From NCBI RefSeq assembly GCF_000485595.1, contig NW_014577066.1, forward strand, positions 673,302-737,301: a stretch of DNA of 64,000 nt, written 5' to 3'. A program made the translations under genes and the position numbers. Source of the DNA: Priapulus caudatus (taxonomy: Eukaryota). This document shows, piece after piece, positions 1-15,332 of the stretch. Positions within the stretch are counted from its first letter, which is position 1, and the number at the start of each line of letters is the position of its first letter. The notes below the pieces were generated by a model. It saw only the letters and a program-made list of their open reading frames with translations. It made no database searches and had not been told where the DNA came from.

Positions 1-34
<34 letters not shown>

Positions 35-37
<3 letters not shown>

Positions 38-74
38 GAGCTAATAAAGACAAATTTGTTATTATTAGCTCTTG
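35..74. mobile_element. 40-bp hairpin element in a (TA)n tract
   Basis: CAGGAGCTAATAA...TTATTAGCTCTTG inverted ends; related copy at 18129. Confidence 0.5.
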
Positions 75-691
75 ATATATATGTGTGTGTGCGTGCGTGC
101 GTGCGTGCGTGCAGGCGGGCGGGCGTGCGTGCGTTCGTGCGTGCGTGCATGCCTGTGTATGTGTGTGTCTGCTTTTCTTCCACTGCGTTTAATTGCATGT
201 GACTGCGTTTAACGGTCAGTGGGTGATCATATATGCTCATACATCAATACGCTTTAAAAGTGTGAAGTGTGCGCTACAAATGTAAAATACATTGGTGACA
301 GATTGAGTTTGTCAGTAATCGTACACTGACATCTGCGTGGGTGTCTACGTGTTTCGGCCCCTTAGGTGCACCTATGTATGGTACCTGTGTATATAGGTGT
401 ATGTGCGCACACTGTACGCACAAGTGAGTGTATGTATGCTGTACATCCAACCGTGCTCTGTGCTTTAGCATCATCATCACTGCGATAATCTTTGCCTTGC
501 AATTTTCGCCCGCGGGCAACAATATGCCGGGGATGGTTGCTTAATCCAAGGGTACACAGTAAACCGCTCTCAACACGCATGCAGCACCAAATTGTGTCAC
601 TGGGCATCTGTGAATATCGGTGTAGAAATGCTTTCTTTATGTGTGTTGTGCGTTGTGTTTTGTGCGTGTTGTGCGTGTTGTGTTGTGTTGC

Positions 692-762
<71 letters not shown>

Positions 763-2878
763 ATGTGTGTTTACATTACAGACACGCAAATGGATATTTT
801 ACAATATGAATATGTGGAGAAATAGTTATATTAAGTCCATGTTAAAGTATCTATATTTTCTTATAATAATTTGGCCTTTTACTCATTTCTGTTCGGACGA
901 AAGCAGTACTTGGACAGCATGACAGCGGACGAGCACATGCTCTGGCTATAGGCGTGCACCTGTATGGATGTATCCTGTAAGAGTAAGCGGTGACGATGAA
1001 TCTACGGTCTGAATGCGTCCAAACAGATGTAACATGAGTCTGGAAGAGGCTAGCTGTGTGGATCAGCCCAGATAAAATAGTCGGAAAGGATGCTGCTGCA
1101 TGTACCCAATCTATGACACACAGAACGTGAATTGTACAGCGGGTCTGCAACCTGTGAGCCTTCCCGGCCGGATGTGTATGAACGCCCACTCGTTGTCCAG
1201 TATTTCCCCCCGCGAGTTCCTGCCTGGCCCTCCCCTCCTCTCCGAGCATTCTCTCTCCTACCCGTTCACAGAATTAAAAAAAAATGCTGCGCGGGTGACT
1301 CACCGGCTAATGGCAGGAAAACAAGGTGGCAATTTGTGCCTCACCGTGCCTACCAACAGTAGCAATCTCCCTCGGCGTTTTGTCGCGAGCGTTCTGTGCG
1401 GAAACTGTTTCGTTGGCCGCGTCGGGTGTGTAGCGGGATGTCATAATGGTCGTGGTGTCACCAAGCCGATTAGCGTCAGTGTGAGAGAGCTATGATCGCG
1501 CTGGTCACCGCCTGAAGTTCCTGAACACCCCTGCGTGTATATACGATAGATAAGATAGATAGATGGATAGAAAGAAAGATAGATAGAAAGAAAAATAGAA
1601 AGAAAAATAGAAAGATAGATGGAAAAAGAGCTGTCGTCGACTACAGTAACACGCACGGCTCGGTGTAAAAAAACGCTCACCCACTTACAACACCACCGTT
1701 AAATTATTACTACTGTTCATTAGTAAGTCGCTTAAACCGTCTACTTTTCATTTAAAATTCTACTTGTTGGCTGCGGCGGTCAAAGAGCACAATACCTTTA
1801 ACAATATCGGTAAGCGCATCATATCGCATGTGCCTGGGTACGTCAGCGATAGTTGGCTTAAGGATTCCTCTGACAAGTAAGTAAGACGGGAGGGACTACA
1901 GTGCTTAGTAGTAGCACCACGCGCGCTCCCCTGACTAGCTCGTCACCTGCACATTGTATTGCGCGACCCTCCATCTTTAATCCGCGCGTTTCTTAATTCT
2001 GAGTTCCTCCCGTCGCCTGCCCGAAGTTCCCCCCTGTCCCGTCTTCTCCCCTCGGGACACGCAGCAGGAGGCGAATGCCTACAAACCGGACCTCCACGTG
2101 ATATTGGCTGGCCACACTCGCTGGAATGCTGCCATGATGCCGGCGAGCAGCCGACCGTGAAATTCGGCCGTAGAATGCGGCCCGACGGGCTGTAGCTGTC
2201 AGTCGACGACGATGTAGGACGCAGAGAGCACGTGTACGCCCGCTGATGTCTACCCGTCCTACCTTCTCTCACTCGCGTGCGCACGCACCGAGAGAAGTGC
2301 CCGATTGAATCTCGCTGCCTATTGTTGTTGTTGTCGTCGTCGGCACATGTTTATAAGCGCGTGTCGGTCCCCGCTGCTGATGTAGAGACACTACAGCGCT
2401 AAGAACTACGGCTGTCTCGTGCAGGATCGTCAGACAAAACATTCAGCAAATGTCGTAGGGCAGCAGCGCATCAGAATGAGAGACGATTAGAAGAAGCTTG
2501 TGGACGGCGCGCCAACATAGAAAGACTCTCGGTTCGGGATTCCATTATGGCGGCTGGGTTTCTTTGAGTTTTTGCCGTTTTGGATTTTTGTGTCTGTGCA
2601 GCCACATCGTCAACTTATCGGAGGCGAAACTGATTAAAATTCAGTCAAACTCTGGGAGAGCCACGTGTTGGGTGTTGATGCCATCCTAGTCGCCGTGTGT
2701 ACCAGCTCATAGTTACTTCACCATGCAAGAGAAGCATATGAGTGAAGCTGAAGCCGTGTAGCTAAGCCGGGAGCTCGTCCTGTATAGCTACCACGGTGAT
2801 ATTCCCGTGAGAGCAAGCGCTCCGACAGCAGGCGTGCGCTAGTGTGGCCACCGCCACCTCACCAATAGCTAGCTGACC

Positions 2879-3241
2879 ATGCCGCAGAAGGCATCTGCCG
2901 TGATGGGGCTGCTGCAGCGCATCGGCAGCAAGAGCTCTCCGGCTTCTCCGACGACGACGCCCGTCGCCACGCCCAAGGTGAAGGAGAGGAAGTTCAACCT
3001 GCGCTCAGCATCGCCGGGACGGTCGCGTCACCGTCGCCGTGGCAACCTGAAAGACAAGGCGATGCGGTCTCTGTCGCTGGGACGCCTCAATGTGCGCGAT
3101 GACTCACCCGGCGGCACCTTCCGCTGGCGAGACACGGAGGACACGCGCACGCGGTCGCAGTCGCTCAATAGAGAAGAGAAGCGCGAGGAGGCTGACTCGA
3201 TGGAGACCGAGGAGAAGGGGTTGAGCCACGGTGATGCTCAG
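2879..3241 (+). CDS. Candidate distal first coding exon (1a) of the RhoGAP gene, 121 codons, [16 protein letters not shown]...HGDAQ
   Basis: GACCATGC start, GC3-rich coding-like ORF, CAG|GTAGGC donor at 3242 in phase 0, compatible with the phase-0 acceptors at 36899 and 37164. Linkage to the RhoGAP exons across a ~33.6-kb intron is inferred. Confidence 0.7.
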
Positions 3242-6224
3242 GTAGGCTTGGCGCGGTTGAACAGGCGTCTCTAGCTGAAAGGTGCGAGCTGAGTCAGTAG
3301 GTGTGTGGCAGACACGTCATGACGAATCCATCCTGGTTCTACTCATATATAATCAATATAATGTGTGTGTGTGGTGTGTGGTGTGTGTGTGTGTGTGTGG
3401 GTGGTGTGTTGTGTGTGTGTGGTGTGCGTGCGGTGGCGTGCGTGCGTGATACGAGGCGGGCGTGCGTGCGTGCCTGTGTATGTTTGTGCTGACTTTTCCT
3501 CTCGCACTGCGTTCAATACAATAGTGACCTGGGCGTTTAACGGTGCAGTGGGTGATCATAAATGCTCATACATGTAATCAATGACGCCTTTAAAAGCTGT
3601 GAAGTGTGCGCTAGCAAATAGGATAGAAAAATACATTGGAGTGAAGATCTGAGTTTTTGTCCTGTAATCGTACACGTGACATATATACTGCGTGGCGACG
3701 TGTCTCACGTGTTATTCCGGGCACGCCTTAGAGCTGCACCTATGTAGGGTACCTGTGAAAATAGTAAGGCGTATGTGCGCAACACCTGTATCGCCACGAC
3801 GTGAGTGTATGCTATGCTGTACATGCCAAACCGTGCTCAAACCTGTGCTTTCTAGCATCATCATCACTGCGATAATCTTTCTGCCTTGCAATTTTCGCGG
3901 TGCCGGCGGGGCAACAATATGCGGGGATGGTTGCCTCTAATCCAAGGGTACACAGTAAACAACTTTACCCACATGCATGCAGCACCAAAGTTGTGTCACT
4001 AGGCATCGGTGAATGATCGGAGTAGAAATGCTTTTCTTTATTATGTGTGGTTCGGTGCGTTGCTGTTTTGTTAGTGTTATAGTTGTTATAGTGTTCGTGT
4101 TTGTGTTGAAGGTGTGATGTCGGTGTCTTGTGTGGTGAGTGCGCGGTGTCCGTGGCCGAGTGCGTGCGCCGCGACCGCGCAGTGCCGTGGTGTGTTTGTG
4201 TGCTGTGTGTGATAGTGGTGTGTGTGTGTGTTGCGTGTGTGTGTGTCGGTGTGTGTGTGTTATGGGTGTTTACATTAAGGGACAGCCCGCAGAATGGATA
4301 ATTTTAATGTACAATATGAATCATGTGGAGAAATAGTTTATATTAAGGTCCATGGCTAAAGTATCTATATTTTCATATAATGATTTTGGCCGTTTACGGT
4401 CATTTCTGTTCGGACGAAAGCAGTAGCTTGGACAGCATGACAGGCGGACTAACAGCATCATACTCTGCGCTAATAGGCGCGCACCTGTATGGCATGTATC
4501 CTGTAAAGAGTAAGCGGTGGTGACGNNNNNNNNNNNNNNNNNNNNNNNNNTGTCAGTAAATCGATACATACCATTCTGCGTGGTGTCTACGTGTTTCGGC
4601 CCCTTTAGGGCACCTAGTTGTAGTGGTACCTGGGTATAGTATAGCGCAGTATGTGCGGCACACTGTACGCACACGTGGCAGTGTATGTATGCTGTTACAT
4701 GCAACCGTGCTCTGTGCTTTAGCATTCATCATTCAATCGATAATCTTAGCCTTGCCAATTTGTCGCCCGCGGCCAAACAATATGCCGGGATGGTTGCTTA
4801 ACCAAGGGTGTACACAGTAAACCCGCTCTCAACATGGCATGCAGCACCCAAATTGTGCACTAGGCAATCGGGTAATATCGGAGTAGAAATGCGTTTCTTT
4901 ATGTCTTTTGTGCGTTGGTTCTGTGGTCGTATAGTTTTATTTAGTGTTGTGTTGTTTGGGGCTGCGCCGGGGGGGGGTGGTTTTAGGTGGGGTGTGGGGG
5001 GGCGTGTGGTGTAGTGGTGCCTGGGGGGGATTGGAGGTGGTTGGGTGTGTAGTGTTGGTGGCTCGGGTGGGGTGCGTGCGCTGGTCGGGGGCGCCGGCGG
5101 CGGGTGGGTCTGCGCGGCGTGCGTGGTGTGTGTGGTGTGTGTGTCTGTGTTGGGTGTGTGTGTGTGTGTCGGGTGTGGTGTGTGTGTTATGGTGTTTACA
5201 TTGACAGACACGGCAAATGACTATGTTACAATATGAATATGTGGAAAATATTATATTATAGTCCATGCTTAAAGTATCTATATTTTCTATAATGATTTGG
5301 CCGTTAGCTCATTTCTGTTCGCACGAAAGCTTAGAATACTTGGAACAGCATGATCAGTCGGACTAGCACATACTCTGGCGTATAGCCAGTTGCAACCTGC
5401 TATAGATCGTATCCTGTAGAATAACCGGCGACGATTGAATCTTACGAGTCTGAATGCGTCCAAACAGATGCTAACATGAGTCTGGAAAGGAGCTAGCTGG
5501 CCGTGTGGATCAGCCAGATCAAACCTAGTCGAAAGATGCTGCCTTGCATGTTACCCACTCTATGACACACAGAGACGTGAATGTACAGGCGGGTCTGCAA
5601 CCCTTGTGAGCCTTCCCGGCCGGATGTGTATGAACGCCACTCGTTGTCATAATTGTCCCCCCGCTAGTGCCTGCCTGGCTTCCCCTGCCTCTCCGAGCAT
5701 TCTCTCTTCCTAACCTTCGCCCAGAATTAAAAAAAATGCTGCGCTGGGTGACCTCACCGGCCTAAGTGGCTAGGAAACAAGGGGTCAATTGTGCCTCACC
5801 GTGCCTATCCAACAGTAGCAATCTCCCTCGCGTTTGTTCGCGCACGCTCTGTGCGGAAACTGTTTCGTTGGCCGCTCGGCGCTGCTGGCGGCTGTGGGGT
5901 TGTAGCGATGTCATTAATGGTCGTGGTTCACCAAAGCGATTAGTCGTCGCTGCGATGAGAGCTATGCGTCGCGCTGCGCGTCAGCTCGCTGAATTTCCTG
6001 AACACCCCTGCGTGATATATATATATATATGTATATATATGTATATATATACTATATCAATATATATATATATATATATATAGTATTATATATATATACC
6101 GCTGGTTCCGCTGCCGCACGCTGGTATCTTCCAGCAGCTTATGCCTCAGTCGCGCTCTCTCTCTCTCTCCTCTCTCTCCTTCGTCTCTCTCTCTCCTGCT
6201 CATCTCTCTTCTCGCTCTATCGCT

Positions 6225-6270
<46 letters not shown>

Positions 6271-9200
6271 CTCACGCCCTGCGCTCTCCGTCTTCTTCTT
6301 CTCACTCGCTCGCCTCTCTCCTCTTTTTTTCTCTCTCTCTCTCTCGGGTCTTCTCTCTCTTATCTCTCTCCCTCGCTCTGTCGCTGCTCTCTCTCTCTCT
6401 CGTCTCTCTCACGCTCGCTCTCCGTCTTCTCTCTCACTCGCTTGCCCTCTCTCGCGCTCTTTTCTTCTCTCTCTCTCTCTCTCTCCTCTCTCTCTTCTCT
6501 TCTCGTTCTCTCTCTCTCTCGTTCTCTTCTCTCTCTCTCTCTCTCGTTTCTCTCTCTCTTTCTCTCTCTCTATATATATATATATACTCACTCTTCTCTC
6601 TCTTAACTTTTTTGGTTACCTCCCTGGGTGTTGGTTCTCTGAATTTCAATTCACCTGCATAGTATACCTGTTTGTAAACTTCCCGTCTGATTTATTTCCT
6701 AGAGTTACGCATATCGAATAGGTCCGCCTGTTGGTCGCCTGTACTGTTGGTGGTCCATGTTTTATAGGTACAATGTCCGAAATCTTTACCTGTTATTCCC
6801 TTGTCTGGTAACTGTTACTGTTAGCTACCTGTCCCGTAGGTAGCCACCTGTGCTATAGAGGGGTGCTGTCTGTAACTCTCAGACACATGGTGGGAGTCTT
6901 GTCTGGACACTCCCAGTCGCGTGGGGCCCTGTCTGGCAGTTAGTGCGTTGCTAGCAGCAATATTCGCCTTTTGTTATTTCCTTGTTCGTTCCCCCTGTAC
7001 GAACTGTGTAAGCGAGAGAAAGTGAGGGAGGAAGAGAACAAGAAAAAACGTAAAGAAACATTGCACGCGTGCGAGAAATACAGTCGCGTGCGAAAGGGAG
7101 AGAGCGGGCGAGCGAGAAACGGGTAAAGAGAGAAAGAGCGAAGGAAAGTGAGGGAGTAATAGAGAGAGCGCGCGCGAGAGCGAAAGGGATGGAGAGAGCG
7201 CGCGAGAGAGAGAGGGATGGAGAGAGCGCGCGCGAGAGAGAGACAGGGCCTTTTCCTCACAGTTCTGGCCGCGGGGGCTGCAGTTGGATCATAACTCACA
7301 AACAGCAGTAAAACGAGAACCGACTGTATAGCATGTAAGGCCGTGCCGGTTCGCACTGTATTAACCCCGGGCGAATATATGTCTCCGGTACTGTCCTCCG
7401 AGGTCAATGAGACAACGATGACAATGGAATTCAGATTCAACATTCAATCTAAACAACATCAATATAATCGTCAACATTCCGAATTTTATGTGAATCTCAA
7501 TTTAAATGGCTGGGAGTAACCGCATGCGGATGTATGAACCGGAGATGTCCGTGATTGTGGAGGCTTGACGGATAGCGAACAGATATATACATGCAGCTTT
7601 AAGTGTAGTTCCATACACTATAAGACTAGGTAAGGTCCGTATATCAGTAGTGCGTGCTAATAATAATTATGTGTGTGTGTACGTGCGTGCGTGTGTACGT
7701 GCGTGATCGTACGCGCGCGTGGGCGCGCGTGTGTGCGTGTGCCTGTCGCTATCCACGCCCCGCCTCTCCAGCTGCATGGCCCCATACTTACCGAAGAGCG
7801 ACGTCGTTCTTTCGCGTGAGGAGAACTGCAGCACTAGCATCAGCCTACAGCTCGCCATCTACGTAAGCCATAATCCGCTCGTCGGGTCTGTCTCGTCGCG
7901 ACATTGAACTGTCAGCAGGCATTGTCGACGGCTTGCGCGTCCAGCGATTGATAACCCTGCCGGCTAATACCTGTCGGCGAGGGACGGTCGGATGGCTCGA
8001 GTGGCCTGGTTAGCCCCACGCCACTAATTGCAAGCACCTACATCTTTTGTCTTTCGCAGCGGCCACTCGATCGTGATCGATGTATCGTTGTCTATGTTTG
8101 CTTGAGTTTGCGCGAAAAAGGGCGGAGACCGTATGCTATATAACCGTATGCCATATAACCGTATGATCGCATCACTGTTAGACTGTATTAGTGTGGTTTC
8201 AACCTTCTTCTGGAATTCTGGTAGTTGGTAACCGCTGAACAATGTCAATGTTTGTTCAATTGTCGCGGCAATGTTTCTGTAATTATGCATTTTGTCTCGG
8301 CCAGCACCATAGACAAAGTAACGAATAAACAAGTGGACACAATGTCTTCTTCCCCCTCTATCTGCCATTTTCGGCCTCGTTCTCTCTCGTCTTTTTTGGG
8401 CATCGTCGCACTTGTATCGTCGTTGACTTTCGTCACGTCATATCATCGGCCACCCGCCCGGTCAACTCGCTTGGTCGCTCGGGCTTGTAATAGAGGCTGA
8501 CATGCATGCAATGACCTGGATGAGATCGGCCGCATCACACGGTGTCGTGCAACAGTAAGGGTCCGCGCAGGACAATGTTTAACGCGCCGTGAGGTGGGTG
8601 TGACGCCGTCTGAGCTCACCAATATTCATGTTTATGTATCCTGCGTCTGAAGTGTTTTCTGTGACGATCCCGTCCTGTCACATTATCCACATTTTCTCAT
8701 GTTGGCGAGAATTCCGTCTAAATGATTAAGCATTATTATTCTCTATCACACTCTGTCTATACGCCTAACGGATTTGGCTGGAAGTACATACAAACGGCGC
8801 GACACTTGCAGGTCTATCTTTGGCTCGGTTACTTTTTATTTCTTTGAGTGTGTGTCGTTTTCGCCAGAGGACGCCTCGGTAGAGTAGACTAGTTAAAGGA
8901 CAACGACATCTGTATTGGCATAGCAATCGTGAGCATGCTATTGTACTAGGTAAAGAAATTACTGCGATGTTTCGGGCAGCGGCAAACAGCACGAACCGGA
9001 AAAGTCATCGGGTGAACATGATTCTTTCGTAATTCCAGTCGTAGTTTTCATTTTATTACAACGGCAAGAATTGCGTCTTGAGGTCTCCACGTCCTACGTC
9101 GTGCGTCATAACTGCCCACCCATCCCTTTCGCGTGTTTGTAAACAGCCATTTACAGTTAGTGCATCGCTATAGATCGTTCTTCTCAGATTCGCATGGGAT

Positions 9201-9287
9201 CATATCTAACGAGGCGTGTGTGAGGTCACGCCAGCAAATGTGCCCCCAAGCTCTGTCTCTCTTTCTTTCTCTCTCTCTCTCTCTCTC

Positions 9288-9375
<88 letters not shown>

Positions 9376-10715
9376 ACCGTTCTCCCTTCTCTCACTTTCT
9401 CTCTCTGTTTCTTTTTTGACTTCTCTCTTTCTCTTTTTCTCTTCATACCTCCCGCCACTACCGCTACAGCGCCCTCGCCATAACAGGTGCTGCTGTTTGT
9501 TACTCACGCGGTGAAATGCGATTGAATTGAAATGAGTTTCGAGCAAGAATTAAGATTGCGCGCGAGGCCCTGTTTCGCGCGAGCAGTATTTAATCAAGAG
9601 CGTATAAAGAAGGACACGCCCTCGATTATATATATACCTTCTTTATAAGCTCTTGATTTAATGGATAGAAGTGCGGGCCGCGCGGGGGCATCGCGGTGAC
9701 TCGAGTGGGTGTTTCTTGGTAGCCGCTGTGAAGCATTGCGCGTGACTGCGCGATGCGTCGACATGTCCGTTCCGGTTAACATTGTGACGTGATGGCATGT
9801 TGTGCTGAAGTCAGCCGGTGTTTGTGGTCGCGCCGACGTCGGTTCTCGGCGGACGATGTACTAGTTCAATGTTCGTCGGCCGCACGCGTCTGTCGCCGAC
9901 AGTGGCGGAGGGAGAAGTGTGTAATACGGGAGCTACTGCACGAATAGGAGATAGGAGGTCGACGGCAGCAAGAGAGGGCGTGGTTGCAGTGTGTGCATGC
10001 AGCTGTTATTGCATGACCTGCCTGCCGGACGACTGCGGTAACGAGTCCTTTACGGGTGTGGTGTGCGAGTGCGTGGTTTCTGCCCACTCACTTATTATAG
10101 TTCTTTTAGGCTGATGATTTTCAGATTATGTTTCGGCGGTCTTCGCGAGTGGAGTAAATCTAACGAGTGCATATCGCTCGTTGCTTCCGCGCGATGCGCG
10201 CCCGCACTATATCCTTTCGTTTCCTTGTGTTTTTCGCTGTCTCGTATCTCTTTCTCGCCATCAGCAGTCTATCTCTCCCGACCTGCCCTCACGTCTCATT
10301 CTGTCGTGCGCCTTTCTTTCTCGCCACCAATATCTTGATCGCTTACATTGTCCATCGATGTATTGTATGGGGACGGAGTGCACGTGAGCTCTTGCCAATC
10401 GTATTTATTTGAGCGATCGGCATTCACCGTGAGGATCCTTTCCCGGTCTAAATACCATTTCCATTATGGCATAATGCTGATTCGCCATGACAGCTAAAAT
10501 TATCGCAAATGCCGGAAAACTCGTGATTTCTTCAGATGAAGATGTTTAGGTTTAATATCTGATCGAAATCCGGTAAAGAGCAAAACCTTTGTTGGAAAGC
10601 GTGACCGCATATCAGATGCGCGTACACTACTTATCCACGCACGCTAACCCAAGTACGCTCACACACCGACACACGCATTCAGACACACACTCACAAACAC
10701 ACACGCGTGCGCGCA

Positions 10716-10802
<87 letters not shown>

Positions 10803-10812
10803 CACACACAAC

Positions 10813-10848
<36 letters not shown>

Positions 10849-10930
10849 ACACACACACACACACACGCACGCACACACACAAACAACACACGCACACACA
10901 CACACACACACACACACCTCACACACACAC

Positions 10931-10978
<48 letters not shown>

Positions 10979-11408
10979 CACACAGACACACACACACCTC
11001 ACACACACACACCACACGCCCTAACAGGCAACAGTAGCAGCTCGGGCGCGCGTCGGGCTACATGTGAAAGCCGCTTACTCGCCAAGCAATTCGGCTAGCA
11101 GGCAAACACCTGCGTAATTGCGGGTGCGTTTTTCACCGCGGGTCGCTATCTGTGTGATGAGTGTGATGCGTGAGACCCACCACGGTGCACCCCGCGCCAT
11201 CATCGTATCTAATCACCGCCATTACCGCATTACGCTGGCTCGCTCGCGTGCGTTCTCTCCCACTCTGCTCTCCCTCTGTTTCTGTCTCTATCGTGCTCTC
11301 CTCTCTCGTTCTCTATCTTTCTCTCTGTGTTTATCTCTCTCTCTTTCTCTCTTTCGATCTCTTTGTTTCTCCCTCGCACTCTCTCTCTCTTCGCTCACTC
11401 TCTCTCTC

Positions 11409-11462
<54 letters not shown>

Positions 11463-12599
11463 AGTTTTATATCACTGCCCTCCTCCTTTCTCTTTCCCGA
11501 GTTCCACTCACTCTCGCTTTATCGGTTGCTCGTGTCCGCATACTCGCTCAACTCTTTGTGTGAGCGCCGAGCCCCTTCCCTTCCCCAGCGGCGCGACGCC
11601 TGGTAAAGATCAACTACGGCGAGTCGCCCATGTTGCTCGGCGTCGACTGCTGGAGTTGCAAGCGTCTGGAAAGAACGGAGACGCAAAGGAGCTCTGCAAC
11701 CTTATAATCATTAGACGTTGCGCGTGGAGTCGCACCTGTACGATGCTTCGCTTTTGTGGCTGAGCTACTGCTGTTGCTCTGCCGTGCTGCTGCTGCTGCC
11801 ACTGCTACTACTACTACTACTACTCTTACTACTACCACCCACCACCACCACCACCACCACCACACCACCACCCACCACACCATCACACCACCACACACCA
11901 CCCTCACACACACTACCATACACCACCACCACCACCACCACACACCACACCACCCACCACACCACACCAACACCCCACCACCACCACCACCACCACCACC
12001 ATCCCACCACACCACCCCCACCACCCTCACCACCACCGCTACACGCTACCACTTACTACTACACCTACTACTACTACTACTACTACTACTTACTACTTAC
12101 TACTACATACTGCTACTACTACTACTACTACTACATACTACATCACACTACACCACACCACCACCACCACCACCACCACCACCACCACCACCACCACCAC
12201 CACCACCCACCACCACACCACCACCACACCACCACACCACCACCACTCACCACCACACCACCCACCACCACCACCACCACCACCACCACCACCACCACCC
12301 TTCACCCCACCACCTACCATTACCACCACCCTCACCACCACCACTACTACTACTCACTACTACTACTACTACTACTACTACTACGACTACTACTACTACT
12401 ACATACCACTACACTACTACTTACCACTACATACACTACCACTACCACTACCACTACCACTACCATACCACTACACCAGCACCACCACACTACCACCACT
12501 ACCAGCCAACTACCCACCTACTCACCAACCTATCACCACTACCCACCGACTACCCACCACTACCACCCACTACCACCATACTTATAACTACTACTACTA

Positions 12600-12633
<34 letters not shown>

Positions 12634-15274
12634 GACTAACTACTCTACTCACTACTACCACCAAATTCTCTGCTTGTGGCGACCGATTAGGTGCGTCGGT
12701 CAGCTGCTGCGCGGTAGCGGCCCGGCGGCGGCGGTGCTGTTAGTGGTAGCGGTGTTGCTACTGCTGCTGCTGCTGCAAAACGAAAACGCGCAGAGTCATG
12801 TGTTTCGGTGTTTACTGCATGCTGTTCTTTCTGTTCATACTCGCATACCGGTTTTTATATGACTTTTTTTGCGGTTATATCATTATGAAATTATGATATG
12901 TCAACAGACATTGTATGCGTAAATTCCCGTTGACACGGATTTATACATTGAGGTGTACAGTTGATGGTCATGCTTGTCTCCGCTTGTCCCAGTTACTTCA
13001 CCGTTTGCATTGTGTGGGAGGTTATGAGGGGATAATACCGTATTATAGGATGCGTGGTGTATTAGTAATGATGGCGGAGAGGATGTCTATGACTTACTGC
13101 CTCAGCGGTGTGGATGTCACAGCTCACTGAAACTGTATCACGGCTGAGGCCTGCGCAAGGGTGGTTGCGTGTCTAACATTGGCTGAGGCATGTCTGCCGG
13201 ACACCTGCACGTATAGCGCTCCCTTGATAGACGGCTACACAGACCCCACCACCAGTGATGGCTGCCCAGCCCTCATGATTAATGACTACGCAGACCCTAC
13301 CATAGAGGGCTATCCAGATCCTATCATAGATGAATACCCAGACCCTATATCATTGATGGCTACTTCTACTCTGTATTGGCCACCATCAACATGCTGATGA
13401 TTTTGCCAACCCTATCATAGAGGGCTAACCAGACCATATTATAATTGGCTTCTCAGACTCCATTACTGATGGCTACTCAGACCCTCACATAGAGGGATAG
13501 CCAGACCCCATCATAGAGGGCTACTCATGCCCAAGAAATTGGTCTGATAAGGTATAACATTTGTGACTTGTTCGTATAAATTAATAGCCATCTACTTAGG
13601 CAGTCCACAATTATGACAATTAAATCATGACATTCAGGATTTAAGATCGCAGCCGTCTACGAGCAGAGGGAAGTACGACCCCATGCGAAAAGGGGATAGT
13701 GTGTATAGCTGGAATGTTCGGGGACGAGTGCGCATGGGGAGAGTTAATGCACGCGTGGAATGTGTATGAATTCTGTAGAAAGCCGTCATGGGGTGCGGCC
13801 TACGTGCGGTCTACACAGCACCCACGTTTACAGATTCTAATAGGTCGTCAGAACATGTGCTGGCTGGCTCATTTACTCTGAGCCGTCACTGTGTGTCTGA
13901 CGGCCAGTTCAGTTACATTAGCTTGTGTGCGTTGTGCCCTGCCCTGCTCTGCAAACTGACAGCTTTGCAAAGATCCACCCCGTACGCACAGACGGGATTG
14001 CAGTGTTAATTGTCACTCGACACCGGGTTGACAAGTTACGAGCTTCGTTAGGTGGATTGACGTTTTATTAACTCGTTGACAAATGCGTTGACAGGTTGGC
14101 TGTCGAATTACCGACTTTCCGATTTTCCAATTGAAAGGTTGTAAGTCGCGTTGACACTCAGAGGAATGTGTTTCCGTAAGTTGTCGTATTTCGGTGGTTC
14201 TATTGGCACGCATCTCTGTCAAGCTACGCGTGCATCCGAGTTTCTCGTGAAGAACGAAGGTTAATATGAACTTTTGACCCTGGATCTTAGCCTGCCTTAT
14301 GATGCGGAGGGTATAATTTCGCACAAAGACTATCTGAATGCAAACATTGTTGGGAATAGACTCGGGAACGTAGTGCGCGAAGTCGTATAGGGATACATTA
14401 AGAAACCGGCAATACAAAATCTACACAGACGTTGACTTGTATTGAGGAGGATGGCAGGCGAATAACAAGTGTTGGGCTCTCCGTCACATCACTGTACTGC
14501 CATCAGCTAGCCGTAAAGCCACGCCGTCTCCCGCCGTGAGACATGTCAGGAGAGGAACTCCTATAGAAACTCGACTCGACTTTATACCATTTTTGCTTCG
14601 TTAACTTGGTTTATTCGTGGTTGCATGCCAGAAGGAGCATGTCGGCTGCATATGTGACAAGAGAACATTGTTTATTGTCCCGTTGTCGCACCCTCGTCGG
14701 TGCCTCACCTAACATTGCCAGTATGCTACAGACTTGTTTCATGAACCCTGCAGGGGTGGTATGCCGTGTTAATACTGTACAGATTGCAAGCAGATCAGGA
14801 ATTAATGTGCCCTGTCAACTCGGATGACAGTTTACCATCTCATACTCATCCTATACAAACGCGGCGAACATAAGAACGACTAGAGCAAACATGCGCGTCA
14901 TACAAGCTGACATGGAATGCGAGCTATCCAGTTTCAAGATGAATATATATAGAGAGAATATATGTGTTTATATATATATACATAACAGCATAGATATAGC
15001 GACACAAGTATAAACAGCGTCTTAATTAATATAATATTCAATTATTAACCTTATCATCCATGTATATGCGCGTAGGCGTGTGCGTGCGTGCGTACGTGCG
15101 TGCGTGCATGTTTGCGTGCGTGGACGTGTGCCTGCGGGACTGCGTCGAGAGAAAGAGAGCGAGGCAGACGGACGGACGGACGGACGGACAGACAAAGAGG
15201 AAGACGGATAGATTGACGGACGCACGGAGAGACACACGCACGCACGCACACATATACACGCACGTACGCACGCA

Positions 15275-15332
<58 letters not shown>

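Noticed and set aside
2473..2488. 16-bp match to 25590-25605 (AGAATGAGAGACGATT)
   Set aside because: A single 16-mer match in 64 kb is near chance expectation and does not extend.
10530..10570. Penelope-type hammerhead ribozyme (CAGATGAAG...TCGAAA)
   Set aside because: Core reads CAGATGA, not CUGANGA, and no convincing stems; other CTGATGA hits (13394, 22802, 22817, 41027) lack a paired GAAA.
11718..12862. 289-aa and 368-aa His/Pro/Thr/Tyr-rich ORFs
   Set aside because: Translations of a noisy CAC/TAC microsatellite; no splice or domain evidence.
13161..13397. ORF with IEGYPDP repeats as a structural protein
   Set aside because: Derived from the 24-bp minisatellite; the frame breaks and stops occur within the array.
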